Shown here piece by piece: positions 62,594 to 64,000 of a stretch of 64,000 bases of DNA (position 1 is the stretch's first letter; each line of letters opens with the position of its first letter). The DNA lies in contig JBFMAF010000004.1 of NCBI GenBank assembly GCA_040755995.1, positions 1 through 64,000 of the forward strand, read 5' to 3'. A program made the translations under genes and the position numbers. Under the pieces are notes generated by a model. The model did no database searches. It worked only from the letters and a program-made list of their open reading frames with translations, and was not told the origin of the DNA. The stretch comes from Acidobacteriota bacterium. Lineage in GTDB: Bacteria > Acidobacteriota > CAIWXX01.

Positions 62594-63043
62594 GTGCGCA
62601 GAGTAATTCTGACCGTCTCGATTGTCATCATCGTATGCGTGGTGGCGACTTCTGTTCTTGCGGCGGACGAACGTAAGGTGTTCTATTTGGGCGAGAAGCC
62701 CGCCGATCTCCCGTTCAGCCCGGCGGTTCTGGCTGACGACACGCTTTACGTCTCCGGGCTCCTCGCCGTGAATCCCGAGACGGGGAAGTTCGAAGGCGGA
62801 ACGATGACGCAGCAGGCCGAGCGTGTGCTGGCGAACATGGAGATCCTCCTGAAGAAGGCCGGAATGGGGCTGGAGGACGTCGTTCAGGCGACCGTCTACA
62901 TCACGGACTTCGCGGAGTTCGCCGAGTTCAACGCCGTCTTCCGCAAGGTATTTCCACAGGCACCGCCGGCTCGGGCCACCGTGCAGGTGGCCAGGCTGGC
63001 CATGGATGCCAAGATCGAGATCTCGGCGATCGCGGTGAAATAG
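62594..63043 (+). CDS. RidA/YjgF family protein with an N-terminal signal peptide
   Basis: PFSPAV, LYVSG, FAEFNAVF, PPARATVQV..L...KIEI; GGAGGAGG before GTG. Confidence 0.88.
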   Translation: MRRVILTVSIVIIVCVVATSVLAADERKVFYLGEKPADLPFSPAVLADDTLYVSGLLAVNPETGKFEGGTMTQQAERVLANMEILLKKAGMGLEDVVQATVYITDFAEFAEFNAVFRKVFPQAPPARATVQVARLAMDAKIEISAIAVK

Positions 63044-63129
63044 CCGCCGGCCGGCTGGATGCGTGACGGAGCAGCCATACAGAGGCGCACTTTCCGGCCG
63101 CGCCACCCGGCGCCACGGCGGGTCCAAAT

Positions 63130-63816
63130 GTGATGGGCGGCGATAACACTTACTATGACGAGAAGCTCGCCGCGGAGCGCTTGAGGCGCTGCTACGAGAT
63201 CGCGCCGCCCAGGGTACAGCAGTACTTGAGGGCCGAGGTGGCCCACGTCCTCAGCAGCGTTCGCCCGCACGATCTGGTGCTCGACCTCGGATGCGGATTC
63301 GGCCGGGTCATGCCGCGGCTGGCCGCGGCGGGGCGGCGGGTAATCGGAATCGACACTTCGCATGCAAGCCTGAGGATGGCCGGGAACCTGCTCGAGCATC
63401 TCAGCAACTGCACGCTGTTGGAGATGAACGCGGTACAGTTGGCATTTCGCGATTCGGTGTTCGACGTGGTGCTCTGCGTTCAAAACGGAATCTCGGCGTT
63501 CCACGTGGACCAGCTCGCGCTGATCCGCGAGAGCCTGCGCGTCACGAGAGCAGGCGGCACCGTGCTGTTCTCGTCGTATGCCGGCGGCTTCTGGGAACAC
63601 CGGCTGCGATGGTTCGAGTTGCAGTCGGAGGCCGGACTGCTCGGAGAGATCGACTACGCCAAGACGCGCGATGGCGTGATCGCGTGCAAGGATGGCTTCC
63701 GAGCCACGACGGTCGACTCGCGCCGGTTCATGGAGCTCACGTCAGGCTTGGCGGCTGAGGTGAGTGTCGAAGAGGTTGACGAATCGAGTCTCCTCTGCCG
63801 TCTGGTCAAGCGCTGA
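63130..63816 (+). CDS. Class I SAM-dependent methyltransferase
   Basis: VLDLGCGFGR, GIDTS, FDVVLC, LRVTRAGG. Confidence 0.88.
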   Translation: MMGGDNTYYDEKLAAERLRRCYEIAPPRVQQYLRAEVAHVLSSVRPHDLVLDLGCGFGRVMPRLAAAGRRVIGIDTSHASLRMAGNLLEHLSNCTLLEMNAVQLAFRDSVFDVVLCVQNGISAFHVDQLALIRESLRVTRAGGTVLFSSYAGGFWEHRLRWFELQSEAGLLGEIDYAKTRDGVIACKDGFRATTVDSRRFMELTSGLAAEVSVEEVDESSLLCRLVKR

Positions 63817-63994
63817 ACTCCATCGTCGAGTCGGCGATCAATCCTGGGAGCCGGCGCTTCCCGAGCCTGAGGTATTCCGGCTCGATCTCAATGCCGATCG
63901 AAGATCTGTGCATGTGAATGGCTGCAAGGGTCGTGTTGCCGGTACCCCAGAAGGGGTCAAGCACGTCACGATCAGATGCACCAAGGTGCCGCTC
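63806..63994 (-). pseudogene. C-terminal shard of an N4/N6 DNA methyltransferase
   Basis: VLDPFWGTGNTTLAA....RSSIGIEIEPEY; an in-frame TGA lies just upstream (63995-63997). Confidence 0.6.
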
Positions 63995-64000
63995 TCAATC

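Overview
High-GC bacterial window, probably from an anaerobe and possibly Acidobacteriota-like (inferred from gene content only). (1) 0.3-12.7 kb, minus strand: korDABC followed by a heterodisulfide-reductase cluster (tandem HdrA, MvhD, HdrD-like CCG protein, HdrA-MvhD fusion, a 56-aa zinc-ribbon protein, HdrC-HdrB fusion). The ORF track splits both hdrA genes at an in-frame TGA. Both TGAs sit at the Sec position and are followed by a SECIS-type hairpin with a compensatory base-pair change, so both are very probably selenoproteins. (2) 13-21.4 kb: secreted proteins and a tricorn protease. (3) 21.8-58.3 kb, the most unusual part: one intact cyclic beta-1,2-glucan synthase gene (cgs/ndvB, 28503-36788) surrounded by eight diverged, same-orientation partial copies of itself and its upstream region. 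These alternate with cargo modules (Mrr + DUF5131/TcmP; three small ORFs; S9 peptidase; type I R-M + RadC; SDH/Clp-fold protease; ankyrin protein). The two pieces flanking each module overlap in cgs-locus coordinates, as expected for integrated circles. No integrase is present, but an IS91-like 3' remnant abuts the locus. (4) 58.4-64 kb: TetR-regulated genes, hydrolases and gene shards, including an NDM-like B1 metallo-beta-lactamase shard. All calls are by eye; no searches were run, and a strain-chimeric assembly cannot be excluded without reads.
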